Positions 51,259 through 64,000 of a stretch of 64,000 nt of DNA are shown here, one piece after another; within the stretch, counting starts at the first letter, position 1; each line of letters opens with the position of its first letter. Below the pieces are notes generated by a model. It saw only the letters and a list, made by a program, of their open reading frames with translations, did not search any database and was not told the origin of the DNA. The DNA comes from Lytechinus pictus (taxonomy: Eukaryota). The position numbers and the translations under genes are program-made. The DNA is taken from NCBI RefSeq assembly GCF_037042905.1, contig NC_087255.1, positions 18,166,001 to 18,230,000 of the forward strand, read 5' to 3'.

Positions 51259-52036
51259 AGGAACTGCACCTATATGCGAAACCTGAAAAAAACTTCATTT
51301 TCTGGAAGTGCCCTCCCCCTGAAAATATCGCAATGAAAGTCTTGCAATTATATCAAAATAAAGAATAAACACCTGCACCAATTCCGCTGAGAATCCACAC
51401 AATAAAACAACATTAATAACTTGTATGAGCAACCTTGTTTTATAAACAGTAATGTTCAACCTGGATAATTATGAAAAAATGAAAACTGTGTTATTCTTTT
51501 AATTCAGACAATCCCTGTTTAAATATAAACCGAGTTATATTAAGCGTTGCGTTGTTAATGTACAAACAGTAATTTTGTTTGTTTACTTATTTTTATTTTG
51601 TGGGAGTTTTTCACCATGAAAACATATTTACATTGACAAAAATAGTATATCAGCCATAGCATACATAACATGAATAAAGCAACAACAAAAAGTTTTGATA
51701 TTAGGCGCATGCACATCGTTGGAGTGAATATGTCAAGAAAAAAAAAGGAAATTCTATAAGTTTGTTTCGACTGATAGTTATTTTGATAATAAAGTTACAA
51801 TAATCGTTTAGTTATTCACGAAGTTACCCCTGCTGACAAAATGAAACGTGGAAGAAGAAAAAATTATAGTAAAAATTTCCCACCATCGATTCAATGGTTT
51901 CCGATCAATTGATTTTTTTTAAAAATCTTCAAAGAAATTTTCCCAGGGAATTGAGATCCTTTGTTGTTTTTCATCCTAGCATCCGGTAATCTCTTGTCAG
52001 CCATAAATTCAAGACTCAAACGTTTTTACAACTTAA

Positions 52037-52633
52037 TTAAAGGGGAATCCTACCCATATAAAAACTTGTTTTTGTAAGGAAAAGAAAAATCAGACAAGTT
52101 GATAGGTGAAAGTTTGAACAATATTGGACAAACAACAAGAAAGTTATGAATTTTTAAAAGTTGTAAATATTGGTAATCACTATACCCATGGAGACTTCAA
52201 ATTGGCCGCATACGGGATGTCATAGTGATGTAAGGCAAGGACTACTCTTCCATACTCCAATACATATATTATGGCTAAAATTTCATTTTTCCAAAAGTTT
52301 TATTTCAAATTATATTTTTGTGAGGACATAAAACAATATACTACCTGGGTTATATTTAGATTACTGCCCCAGGGGAATGGGTACTTAGGAGAAAACGACA
52401 AATCCCTGATAATAAAGTACATGGCCTATGGGAAAGTTGTCCTTGCCCCTTGTCATAATTTACTTACCCAGTTGCCAATTTGAAATCTACATAGTATTAG
52501 TGATCTCAATTTTAAAGCAGCTATAACTTTCTTATTGCTTGTCCGATTTCTTTCAGACTTTCACCATTCTGTTTAATTTATTTTTCTCCTCTCCAACACA
52601 ACATTTTATGGCCAAGGCTGGGTTCCCCTTTAA
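52037..52633. mobile_element. TTAA-target MITE (Kolobok/T2-like)
   Basis: TTAA-AGGGGAATCC ... GGTTCCCCT-TTAA; same family as 33517-34086. Confidence 0.85.
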
Positions 52634-53199
52634 AATATTTTAAAGCAAACAGTGGGTTGACAAAAGAATTGGACGCAATTAATGTACATTATACCAACAA
52701 ACAATCTCAATCATAACAGGATTGCGTGTATAACAAATTACACATTTTTTACTGAATAGTGCGAAATTGACTGAGAAAACTAAACAGACGGGACACAAGA
52801 AATGACAATTGTAAAGTGCGCAGAAATTTCACATTTCTTGTATGGTAATTATTTTTTTTACAGTGCAGATTGATCGGTAGTAAAAATCGAGTCGGACAGG
52901 TCATTGTATTAACTAGTAAGATATTGTAGTTGGCACTCCACAGAGCCCTGTGAACGATTTTTAAATAGGGGGCGCTGTGAGTTTTGTTCAGGGCGGAAAA
53001 AGATTCGACAAACAAACAAATATACATTACACATTGCTCCCAAATCGCCGTCATTTGGGACATATAACCTTTTTTTTTAGGGGGGGCGGTTTTGGTTTTT
53101 ATTTTTGCTTTTCAACCCGATTTCCAGGTGTGTACTCTGCCCCCCTGCCCCCCCCCCCCCTTAGGTACGCTAATGGGCTGTTTCTTCTGTTTATGGTAA

Positions 53200-53445
53200 C
53201 TCCCGTATAGGAACTCGGCAGGACAGCATTTTTGCTGGTAAACGCCAAGCTATATAACCAATTACCTACTATAGGAACATTTTACATCTAGGTTAATCAG
53301 GCATAGCGGCTGACCTTATAGACGGCAGATATTACTCTCGGGCCTTTTTTTTATCAATGTGGAGACAATGGCAGAGTGGGGATTTGAAGTCACAACCTTC
53401 CGATTATGAGTTCAATGCTCTAACCACTGGACCACACGATCCTCC
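53200..53445 (-). mobile_element. tRNA-derived SINE
   Basis: Minus strand reads TGGTCCAGTGGTTAGAGC (box A) and GACTTCAAATCCC (box B-like), followed by a non-tRNA body. Confidence 0.6.
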
Positions 53446-53967
53446 ATGGCACTTAAACACACTCATCCTTGAAAGTTTAAAGAGACAGCTGTGATTATTT
53501 ATTGATTTAAATCAAGATGATGAAAGAGAATAAAATGCCTATTTAATATGAATTATTTTCAGTTTAAAATGTTCGTTCTTTTTGTGACCAATACCCCCCC
53601 CCCCCCCCCGCGCAGGGGAGAAGTCACATGGGGGCAGGGGCGACTGCCCCCCATGATGCTTCAACGGTAGTGAAAATGTGGAAATATATTTTTTAAGTTA
53701 AAAAGAGGAAGAAAATGAAGAGAAAAGAAAGAAAAACTATACAAAAAAGTGTTATGGGCGCGGGGTATGGGTAACTCTGTATCACCCCTGTTATTTCAAT
53801 TGAGAAGAATTAGATCGTCTTCCTCACCCTCTCTCCTTATCACTTACCATGGGGCCGCCCCTGCATGCACTAGCTATGTTAATCTCATGTAGACTGTTCT
53901 GTAATTTATTTACAGGTCTAATTCCAATAGTATATAAATGCATGATGATCGATCTTTGCACCGATGA

Positions 53968-55598
53968 GGAGGAAATTTTATATTTTCATGCGATTATTTG
54001 CTTGGAGTGTTGGAGATAGCATTGCCGCAATTTTATATAGATTTGCTAGAAGTATGGATAGAGACGAAGGATTTTCGATTAAAATCTGAAACATATAAAG
54101 GAAATGAGATATTTTTTAACAATAAATTCGTACGAATTGAAGGGAAATGCATATTTAACCAAAAATTATATGAAAAAAATATTTACAGACTGAAACATAT
54201 TATGGATTGTGATGGAAACTTAAGGTCATTTTCGTACTTCCAAAGACAGGGTTTAAACATAAATGATTTTCATTTGATAGAGTCAATTTATAAAACTTTT
54301 CCAGTCAGCTGGAAACGAAATATGAAAATAGATAGCAAAGAGGCTTCTCTTAGGGAAGAAATATCATTTATATCTGGAAAAAGAATTTTGTCAATAGAGG
54401 AGTTAGTATCTAAAAACGTTTATGCAAATTTTATGAAATGTAACTTCACAATACCTGATGTTTTCGAAAGGTTAAAAAACAAATATAGTTTTTCTTATGA
54501 AAAGATTGAACACATTTTTATGAGACCAAGACAATGTACTCTGAACAGTAGATTAAGAGAGTTTCAGTTTAAAATGTTACACGGCATTGCTTATACAAAT
54601 CATCACTTGTTCCGTTTTAAAATCTCACAGAATAATCTTTGTTGTTATTGTAAAAAAGAGGAAGAAACATATCGCCATCTATTTTTGGAATGTGAATATG
54701 CTTGTCTGGTTTGGGATAATTGTAAGAAGATGTTTGGTTTTATTTGGACGGGCAATTTAAGCTGGGAGGAAATTCTTGTAGGTTTAGAATTAAAGGACGA
54801 AGGAAAGGAACGTTTAGTCAATCATTTTCTAATCTTTGTTAAATTTTTAATCTTCAAAGGGAGGGAAAAGGGTGCACTTATAACCATGGATGAAATTAAA
54901 AGGAAATTTAATGAAGAAGAATGGGAAGAAAGAAGGCTGGCGCTAGGTAGAGGTAAGATGTCTCTACATTTAAGGAAATGGGAAAATCTGAATTAAAAGA
55001 ATATATAGGGAGAGTGAGGTAAAGGTATATATACAACGAGAGACAAAACCACACAAAAAATACAAAAATAAATAAATACGGAGAATTGTAGTCCCTTCCA
55101 TGTAGAGTATATGCATAAAAAGGGGAGGGTGCTCCTAACATAGGGACGGGGGGGGGGGGGGGTTGGGAGGTAGAACAACACTTTTTATCTTTATTTTCTC
55201 TCTCTTATCATTCATACATCTTGTTAATATTTCATTTTGTAATTGCTAAAACGCATTAGTATTAATTTCTAGTATCTTTGAAGTTTGATGTATAGTTTGT
55301 ATAATTATATTTGTTATTGTATAATTTTTTTTCAATTCAATTCAATTCTTTTATTTCATTTCCATTCAAAAAACATAATACAAAGTAATATAAAGTAATA
55401 CAAATCAAGTACAATTTTACAGAAGGGCATTCTTACTTCGTAAAAAAAAAAAACTGAAAAAACAGTATAATATAGAGCATAAATGGAAATGGAAATGAAT
55501 TTATAATCATGTTTCAAATAGTTTGTACAACTTGCTTATGGAATGTGAATGTTTATTTTGATTTGAGAGAATACAATAAAACATCCTTTAAAAAAAAA
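53968..55598 (+). mobile_element. 5'-truncated L1/Tx1-clade LINE: ORF2 C-terminus (zf-RVT), 3'UTR and poly(A)
   Basis: Open frame 53968-54996 with no initiating ATG; GGNFIFSCDY, REFQFKMLHGIAYTN and C-x2-C...H...C zinc finger (CCYCKKEEETYRHLFLEC); ends HLRKW; AATAAA near 55576 then an A-run. Confidence 0.9.
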
Positions 55599-55803
55599 TG
55601 AATCGTCATCTCTGGGAGCATTTCAGCGGTCATTAAAGACATTTCTTTTTAATAGTTAATTTACTTGGTATGTATGTATGTATGTAAGGGAGGGTGTGTG
55701 TGTGTGTGAGGGTGGGACGTAGAAATATTTTCAAAGGAAAATTAGGACACTATACGGGGTGGTCTGTCATATCAAGACTACAGGTGTTTAGATCTACTTT
55801 ATT

Positions 55804-56300
55804 CACTTCAACTGTTTTACTCAGTTCCATATGCGTCTTTTGCTAAGGGGTTTTTGGAGACGAAAATCTTTATTGCCCCGCCGCGCTCCCAGACCTTTTT
55901 TTTTTTTCTTCTTTCTTTCTAGGGGCCGCTGTATAGCTGCATGCATGCATGAGTCACCCCACGTAGGCGCCCTTTATCTGTCATTTTTTTTTACCTTCGC
56001 TATTCGCTTTCTTCTGTTATTCTATATCAATGTGAATGAGGACCTATGAGAGGGTTCCTTGCACACACCAAAAATGTTGTCCCCAGAGCCCCCCCCCCCC
56101 CACTTCAACTGTTTTACTCAGTTCCATATGCGTCTTTAGCCAAGGGGTTTTTGGAGACGAAAATCTTTATTGCCGCGCCGCGCTCCCAGACCTTTTTTTT
56201 TCTTCTTCTTCTTTCTTTCTAGTGGCCGCTGGACCAATGAGAGGGTTCCTCGCACACACCAAAAATGTTGCCCCCAGAGCCCCCCCCCCCCTCCCCCACC
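55804..56300. repeat. Local tandem duplication (about 300 bp plus a shorter copy)
   Basis: CACTTCAACTGTTTTACTCAGTTCCATATGCGTCTTT...CCCCAGAGCCCCCC occurs at 55804 and 56101. Confidence 0.9.
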
Positions 56301-56464
56301 CATTGCAATACGCTGCTCGTGCTTTGCGCGTGCGAGCGCGGCGCGCGATTGAAAACCAATCAATCAACACGTTTTGCTTGTGAATGTGATATGAGCTGAG
56401 AAGACGTTCGTAGGCAGCTAACCCGGGACTACTGAAATAATTTCACTGTATCCTCACGGTAAGT
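56300..56464 (+). promoter_or_regulatory. Putative promoter and non-coding first exon of a gene extending to the right
   Basis: CpG-dense GCGCGTGCGAGCGCGGCGCGCG, a CCAAT box, then a strong CG|GTAAGT donor at 56459. No downstream coding exon recognised in the window. Confidence 0.35.
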
Positions 56465-56847
56465 AGTTTCAACCCACGGAATGTAGAGAGTTTATATAGA
56501 ATGAAGTGATTGACGTAAATGTATGGAAGTATCTTAAGCTGTTTTGCAATTAGTGGTTGAAAACCAGTAGAAAAGTGACGTACTTGCAATGCATCATTCA
56601 GTCATAGTCCCACACGTTAATAATTTAGATGGAGTCGGCCGGGCCGATTTCTTCACGCAGACAGTAGATTCTGCCGAGTAGATTCTTTCTAGATCTATTA
56701 TCTAACTGTAATTAGGCCCTACTAATTTGCTACTATAGTCTGCCAGGGGGGTGAAGGTGCGAAAAAAAAAGAAAGAAAGACACAAGCGTTAGATTGACTA
56801 CGCTATAAGTATAACTACAACTCAGTAGTTCAACTACAGTACAAGTA

Positions 56848-57496
56848 TGGCAGTGAGTCCAAACTTCGCGCGTGTCCATACTTCGCGGACGGTCATTATC
56901 TCAAAAACTAGCCAATATCCTTAAAATCTGACATCATCAACGTTAAAAGCGACCTAAAATTACCCTTTGGTGTAAGTTTCTTTAGGATGAGTTCAGTATT
57001 CATGAAAATATTGGCAAAAGATCGGCAAATTTGTCACGTTTAGCGCCCGTTTTGAAGAAATCTGATATTCTCAACAAGCATCACGATATCACCATTTTGC
57101 AAGCAGAAATCATCAAAAATGTGAGTTAAATATGGTACTCACCGATTCTATAGCATTTTGCCATCAATCTGATATAAATATTTCACTTTTTGAGCTTGAG
57201 TTTTTGTTTAAATGTCCACAAAAACATTGGTCCGCGAAGTTAGGTCACACTTTTTTTGAACGGTTTTCCAGCACAGCGCGCATTCGCCGATCGGAATAGA
57301 ATTTTGAGATCGCGATACCGGCGAATCCCCTTGACCTACTTTACATTTTCGTCCATGATTTTATAATTTACGATCTTGCCGTCAATGTGGTAACTATTTT
57401 TTGAATTGGTTTTGTATAAATTATGAATATTTTGTGAAAAAATTTAAGCCTGATGAACATTTTTGAAAAGTGCGCGAAGTTTGGACACCCCATCAT
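56848..57496. mobile_element. Non-autonomous TIR element
   Basis: Inverted GTCCAAACTTCGCGC / GCGCGAAGTTTGGAC near both ends. Confidence 0.65.
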
Positions 57497-57507
57497 ACAA
57501 CTACAAG

Positions 57508-60131
57508 CACTCCTAGTACCAATTAGACCAAAAGCTTCAGTCTCTGTATTTTGGTTGTTCCGCTGAACTACGTTGGCTCCACTCACCATACATAGACTGA
57601 AGGGGATGGGGCCCCGTACCTACAGCCAACGTATAGTGAACTAGCGTTTTATAGATCGCGATTTAAAACTGTTTTTTAAGCAAAATTGAAAGTTTCATGG
57701 TTTCCATTATCAGGGAAATATAAATAACTTAAGTAATTGCATACCTTGGGCCGGAGTTATTGAAAAAAATCCTCTGGATGATTGAGAAATCTGTCATCTA
57801 AGACATTTTCACCTGACCTGACGGTTTTTCTTGCAAGTTGCCATCTTGAATGACGTCATTATCGTTATTACTTTAATGTCTCGAATCGATATATCGCGAT
57901 TATAACTAGTACTAGTACTAGTATAACTAGTATCGTTTATCTTCGGTTTCGTTCGCATATGGAGCAGATCGTATAATATCGAAAGCAATATCGATATCAC
58001 ATTCGTGATTGTTGACGTTCGTTTGTAAATATTTTATAGTTTGGCTGCCATTTTGACCAATTTTATCGTGTTCAACCCAATTAAACATCGGTAAAGTATA
58101 TTTTTCATGCCTTTTTCATCTATATCGTTTAAAGTATTTAAACACAGAAATATCAAGTTTTAAAATTTTGTTTTTTATACATCCTTAGATTGTAAATGCG
58201 ATGTGTAAAATTACATCAAACTTTGGACTGTGAATTGACAAAAGGGAGGGAATGAGAACACATGCGAGCCCACACGTACACCCTACCGTCGGTAAATGGG
58301 GATTACAGTAAAATGTCAGAAATTGTTGAATAAATCCCCAGAAACGACGGTTATTCCTGTCTAAGTACCAATGAGGTCCAAACATTAACATGTATGGACC
58401 TCATAGGCGACAATGCGTTAAAAACAGGTTAGAACTTCTAAACGTACTGTTTCCTGCACCCAAGTATGATATTACTCCCAAAATATGAGTTTTGTCCTCA
58501 TTTGTTTATCATTTATTAAAAGATTGCCCATTAAATATATTCCTATTCCTAATTTGAATTTAATAAAATAAAGGGAAACTTACATTTGAGTCATTTTTCG
58601 ATCTTTTTTTGGCAGTCAGTCCGGTCACCGTCGAGTGCGATCAAAGCGGTATGAAGCTAATTTTCAGATCACGTGATACGTGTGGTCATCACCTGATCAA
58701 TCGACTATCCTTTTTTAAAGACCGCAACAATTATAAATTTTATTATAAAATATATATAGAATGAATAATTGCATGATATTATATATATTTCTACAATTAA
58801 AAATATTTTGTGATATGAATTTAATATTTGACGTAAAAATCGCTATTTAACAAAATATTTATTAAAAATAAAAAATCAAACAAAATAAAAACGCCTTGGA
58901 CACAGTGCAAAAAACCTAACAATTTGGCCGCGTTCTTAACAACTATCGTAAGGGGCGCTCTATTTATAAATAAAGTTGCATATGTAGTTGTCTACCGCGA
59001 CAGGAACAGCCGCAGAATTGAAGCCAGAAGCGTGGGAAATTGCCAGAAAATTCAAGAAAAGAACCGGTGAGTACCGATTTAACAGTACTAATTTATTAAG
59101 TAACATTTATTGAATCATTACAAGATTTATTTTTTAGTAAAACAAAGCTTAGTTCTAAGCTAGGGCGGCCCAAATGCGCGTGAGTGGAGTCCCAGTTTAT
59201 TAGCACGGGTAAGTATTGGGGTGTCGCCTAGAGTGAGTACAAGTACAATACAGTCAGTAGCACTCCTACTGTCCTAGTAGTAGTACCAATGAGGTCCAAA
59301 CATTACATGTACTATGGACCTCATAGGCGACATAAGTGATAAAACCGGTTAGACATTGCCGTTTCTATTTGCACCCAAAGACTTTGGCAAATGTACGCCT
59401 TAAAGGCTTAATACAAATTGGATGGTAAAAATTTTGGTATGAATTAGTTCTTAACATCATAAATAATCTTTTACAATGTTTAAAAGTAAATGGATTGAGG
59501 TTAAACTTACATTTTCAGTCTTTTTTCTTGAATTCTTGGTGAGCGTTCCAAACGCTGTGAGGACTGATCAACTCCGATGTGATTCACGTACTGGTCAGCT
59601 GATCGGTCAGGTGATCGGTTGGTTATCTTTTTGTCAGACGTTCATAATTTATATTACAATATATCACAGAACAAAGAATTGATAAATGTCCATATAGACC
59701 CCCGAGATAAGATTTATAAACCACTTCAATGAATATAACATCTCTGTTATGCCCCTGCACAGACTCGTCTACATTGATTTCGATATTTAAGCGTCATTAT
59801 AAAATTATAACAAAATGAACGCCTTGATTAAAGGCCATAAAGCCTAGAGACTCGCGAGCGTCATGTAACAACTCGCCCTGGATTTGCATGTACATGATCC
59901 TATGGCGACAACAGCCGCCGCAAGAGTTGGCCAGAAGAGGCGATGAAAACACAAAATTTGGAAAGAAAAGAACCGGTGAGTACCCATTTTACATTATAAT
60001 TAGTCAATTAGTATAGAATAAATAAGTTAGACCTAAATTTAGAGGAATGGGCTGGAAATTCAAGGCCAAAACGTACCCGTCTGGCGTCGCCTTTTCCAAC
60101 ACGCGTTGGAATAGCGGTGTCGCCTAGAGTG
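57508..60131. mobile_element. Two tandem related CACT...AGTG elements (57508-59235, 59261-60131; EnSpm-like); a third left end at 63975
   Basis: Left ends begin CACTCCTA (CACTCCTAGTACCAAT at 57508 and 63975); both right ends read GTGTCGCCTAGAGTG. Shared ATGAGGTCC..GGACCTCAT hairpin and AAGAAAAGAACCGGTGAGTACC modules. Confidence 0.6.
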
Positions 60132-60133
60132 GT

Positions 60134-61362
60134 CAGTAGAGGCGCACGGCCAATATGGGAGACTCTCCAATAGGGGAGACAATCTCCCAATCCCATATTG
60201 GAGACTTGCTATGCAAAAGAACAAAAGAAACAACACCACTGAGGTCGGAAGCCCATTTGTTTTGTGTGTTGATGACAACAAAAATCCTTATCAAAACAAA
60301 AGTAGGCCTAGACGGTGAATTTTTAAAGTAGACGGTGAAAAGGGGTAATTTTTCATGGCTGCGTTTATGCGACCTCAAGCCAGAATCATGATTTGAATCA
60401 TGATTCAAAACACAAACAAGAATCACAATATCACAGAATCAGCGTTTAGACGACCTTCATTCCAATGCTGTTTCTCCTCAGATTCGGGCCAATCCAGTGC
60501 GCATCACTAGTGCGCAGTTTGACAGAGGAAGTTTTTCGCACGTGTTTCGGCTCTCGAAAATTCTTTTGCTTCCATCAAAATTCAGTCTATACCTCATTTT
60601 GTTTACTTCTATCATAAAGGGTCAATATGGTTCTATTCATCTTGTTAGTTTATCCAAAATGGTGTTCGGAAGTTAATTTCAGCGTAGATCCAATTTGATA
60701 TTGATACTGTATACTCAACAACAACTGAGATCATTGTCTGTCCAGTTAATTCATTTACTAGAACTTGAAGTTGAAGACATGACCAAAAAATGAAAAGTAG
60801 TGGACGATGCGATGACCAACACAGAACTTGAACATGACAAGAAATGAATTCATAGTACATAGTCATGTACATACAATGAGCATATAGAGCGCCTTGAGCT
60901 TGGCAAGAGTCAAACCGAAAGTAGCCCGACACAACAGTGAGGTCATATAATCATGATTGTAATCACGATATCGTTTATTCGAACATTTTCGTACGTGATT
61001 CTGCAGAAACGTCTTTCCAAACGCCCCTTTTTTCGTGTTTCATGTTTGTGATTCTAATCATGATTATATTCAATTTCGACTAAACGCAATCGTGATTCTG
61101 CAGAATCATGATTTGAATCATGATTCTAGGGTAAAAAAGTGGCGGATAAACGCACCCCATGAGGAATCTGCTTATCACATTTTTATTTGCCGCCAAGGTA
61201 ATCCTTTGGCAGCAAATGTAAACAAAGGAAATTGGTCTCCCAAACTGGAGACTGTCTCTAAAATTGGATACCCGAATTCTTTACAAAAGTCTCTCTCTCT
61301 GATATTGGAGATAATCTTTCTCATGGGAGACAGTCTCCCATATTGGCCGTGCGCCTCTACTG
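60134..61362. mobile_element. CAG...CTG TIR element with a nested Harbinger-like MITE (60357-61157, TSD CAT)
   Basis: TIR CAGTAGAGGCGCACGGCCAATATGGGAGAC at both ends; inner GGCTGCGTTTAT / ATAAACGCACCC flanked by CAT. Confidence 0.8.
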
Positions 61363-63454
61363 CAATACAATCCATGGCTTAAAATATTCTGGGTGAAAAC
61401 TTTTTTTTTTGGCTCGTTAACTTATTTGGACACACTATTGACCTTAAATTTAGGTGACAACCTTTTTTTTCTTTTTCAAGTTTCCACCGGGTAAAATGTG
61501 CTACCCCTTTTTAAAAATCCTGTAGCCTAAGACTAAGTGTAGCACCCCATCAAATTTCAACTCTGGATCCTGTCTGCAATACTTTCATCTCTCAAGGGTT
61601 CATTACATGCCGAAGCGCACGGAAAAATCAAGCCATAGAAGTCGTGTGTTGTGGACACCAGGCAGAACTACACTAGTTAGAAATCCACTGCCAAACGCGA
61701 TTCATGGTGCAAGGTTAGTATACTAATAATAACCCCGCAATACGTGTGAGTGATACTTTATAGACTCTAGCCTTTAGTTTAGCCCCTAGATTTTAGACCA
61801 AAAGGCAATATAGGCTTAAAGAGTTACTCAATGTCTCATGAGTCCTGAAACTTCAATACCTGATGATTTTAAATGAGAAATTTAGGGGCTAATTTTTCTT
61901 TTCCACACATTTTTCATTGGTTTGGGCGATGATAGACCAAAACATTGGTTGTTCCGCTGAATTCCGTTGGCTCCACTCACCAATTACAGAGACCGAAGTT
62001 CTAACTCGATCTGTACAGGGAGTCAATGGCCATATGTTTATGTATTAAAATCGGATAGACCAGAGAGTGGGAGTTGCAAGACAGCCGAAGTAAGTCACTG
62101 TTTTTTTTTCCTTTTAAGTTTATTTTTCCCCGTTTTTGTGCATTTCAGGCAAAAACGGAATAATAATCTTTATTTTGGTCCAGTTCATCTTCTATATTTT
62201 CATGAAATAAAAACAAAAATCGATGAGCCCCATTGGGGGATTTTTCATTGTTGACCCCCTAATGGCGGCTGCACGATCGCGAGCTGTCTGTGTACGAGGA
62301 GAAATTATTAAACAAAAGAAAATGTTAGAAAACTCTTCGAAACAGACAGCTGTCTAGGGCGATGGCAGAATATTGGGGGCTAGACTCCCTATTTCTTTTG
62401 AAGTGCTGCTTTTAAGGGGTAAAACATAATTTGTGCAGTAAAAGAAAATATTATTCTTTTGCCACAGGGGAATAAAATATTGATATTCTAAATCTTGAAT
62501 ATTGTTTGGAACAGATCTTGGGGCCTGGGGTGACTCTACTCTTGAGTCACTGGTCGCCCAAAGAATGCATTTTGGGGGGAATTTTACATTTAGGGGTGAT
62601 TTGGGCTGTCATGAGGGCAGTCCCCCTCATGTATTTCCTATGCTGCTGGTCTATTTCTGTTGTCAGTTCAGAGAGGCGCCGGTCAGCAAATTGGGATCGT
62701 CCCAGTTTACAGGGACTGTCTCGGTTTTCAAAGAAAATCTAGTAAAGTTCATTCACCTGTCAAGTGCCGACACCAATCGAGTGCGCCAGTCAATGTACAC
62801 ATATCAGGTTTCATAACAAGATTATTGGAAGACGGCAAGCCGTGAAAAATAGACAGTGAACTAGGGGGAATTGAGGTCACTGAATCTGTTTTTAGCACTC
62901 TCAATCCCCGAAATTGCTGTCTATGTCCCGCAGGGGTAACTGAAAAAAAAACTGTTCCCATAAACAAGGAAAATCTCAATTCATCAAGGCATGATTTGTC
63001 TTGGTTTATGAGGTATCCTTGTTTTCCGGGACAATCCCAATTTTTGGACCAGCACCTCTACTGGTCGTGGTCAGTCGACACTTGATGTTCCACTTCCAGG
63101 ACTGGAGCACAAAGTCTAGGGGGCAGTGGGGCATCAATGAGGTGGAAAAAATACTGCCAGGGTAGTCAGACTTCCAAGCACCATAGTGCAAAATTCACAG
63201 ATAGTTAATCACATTTAAGAAAAATCAAATTTGTGATTTCTAAACTGCTATAAATGAATAAACATACACTAGATTTAATTTCACTCAAAAAAGTTCATAA
63301 CTAACCAAAAAAATATCAAAGTCACTAGACAATTCAGCCCGCAGCAAGCCTTGTCACCGTATTTGTGTGTGCAATTGTGTGTTATCATGGGTTCCGACTT
63401 ACTACAAATGCAGCACCCTGTACTTGTAAAGATTGAAAGTTTGAAAGTGGGGAT

Positions 63455-63648
63455 TTTTTTACCTGATTGCTAAGAAAGCATGAATGCTTGTAAGCAAGCA
63501 ACCAGAGGACCGACGGCTTAAGGTCCTCTCCGAAGGACCTGGTAATGAGGATTAATGCCTTACCAAAGGGCACTAGCGCACCAAGTGGGAATCGAACCCG
63601 GATCACCGGAATACGAATCCCCCGCTCTACCGACTGAGCTATCGCGCC
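63455..63648 (-). mobile_element. tRNA-derived SINE
   Basis: GGCGCGATAGCTCAGTCGGTAGAGC...GGTTCGATTCCC head continuing into CCCTTTGGTAAGGCATT...GGACCTTAAGCCGTCGGTCC body. Confidence 0.8.
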
Positions 63649-64000
63649 TCCTTGTACTCATGGTATATGCGCTATTGCCTCCTATGACTATTCAATACTG
63701 TTATGTTTTGTCCCCATTTGTACTAGGAGTGGACTGGTTCACTCTAACGGTAGGGGGCATTGCCATTGGGACCTCAATAATTATTCAGACTTTCGAGCAC
63801 TATTGTACAAAATCCATAGATGTATGATTAATATTTTTACCATAGGGTCTAGAATATAATTTGTGATATCTACACTGCAATAGATCTAAACAATAACTAA
63901 TTTCACTCAAAGAAGTTCATCTAGATTTAATAGGAAAAACAACATTAAATCACGAGACAATTCACCCCGCGGACCACTCCTAGTACCAATAAGGTAAAAA

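Noticed and set aside
62500-63190. Moderately GC-rich stretch with several 60-100 aa ORFs
   Set aside because: No recognisable domain or consistent splice-bounded frame; probably repeat interior, left uncalled.
63575-63648. tRNA gene (also the tRNA-like heads near 396-470, 22800-22860 and 53375-53445)
   Set aside because: Acceptor and anticodon stems are imperfect and each head runs into a SINE body.

Overview
AT-rich, intron-rich animal DNA; the repeat landscape suggests a sea urchin or other echinoderm (inferred, not proven). Four protein-coding genes could be assembled by hand. (1) The first coding exon of a Kelch-repeat gene (- strand, 290-354) that runs off the left edge. (2) A complete 7-exon selenoprotein GPX4 gene (+, 7743-19850, 219 codons) with an in-frame UGA/Sec at 14543-14545 and two in-frame ATGs in exon 1; the ORF track misses it. 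(3) An ELOVL6-like fatty-acid elongase with an intronless CDS (-, 26592-27410). (4) A 3-exon rolling-stone/AIG1-like membrane protein (-, 37413-46369). A possible non-coding first exon of a further + strand gene lies near 56.4 kb. The rest is dense, deeply nested non-autonomous DNA transposons (Kolobok/TTAA, Academ-like, hAT-like, Tc1/mariner, EnSpm-like, Harbinger-like, Ginger-like foldback), tRNA-derived SINEs, LINE fragments and microsatellites. The standout observation is that the region downstream of the GPX4 stop carries two type-2 SECIS elements (about 21002-21074 and 21569-21642). They align to each other and differ by compensatory base-pair changes, and an AATAAA sits at the 3' foot of the first, although the protein has a single Sec. 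All folds, splice models and alignments were done by eye and need computational or RNA confirmation.
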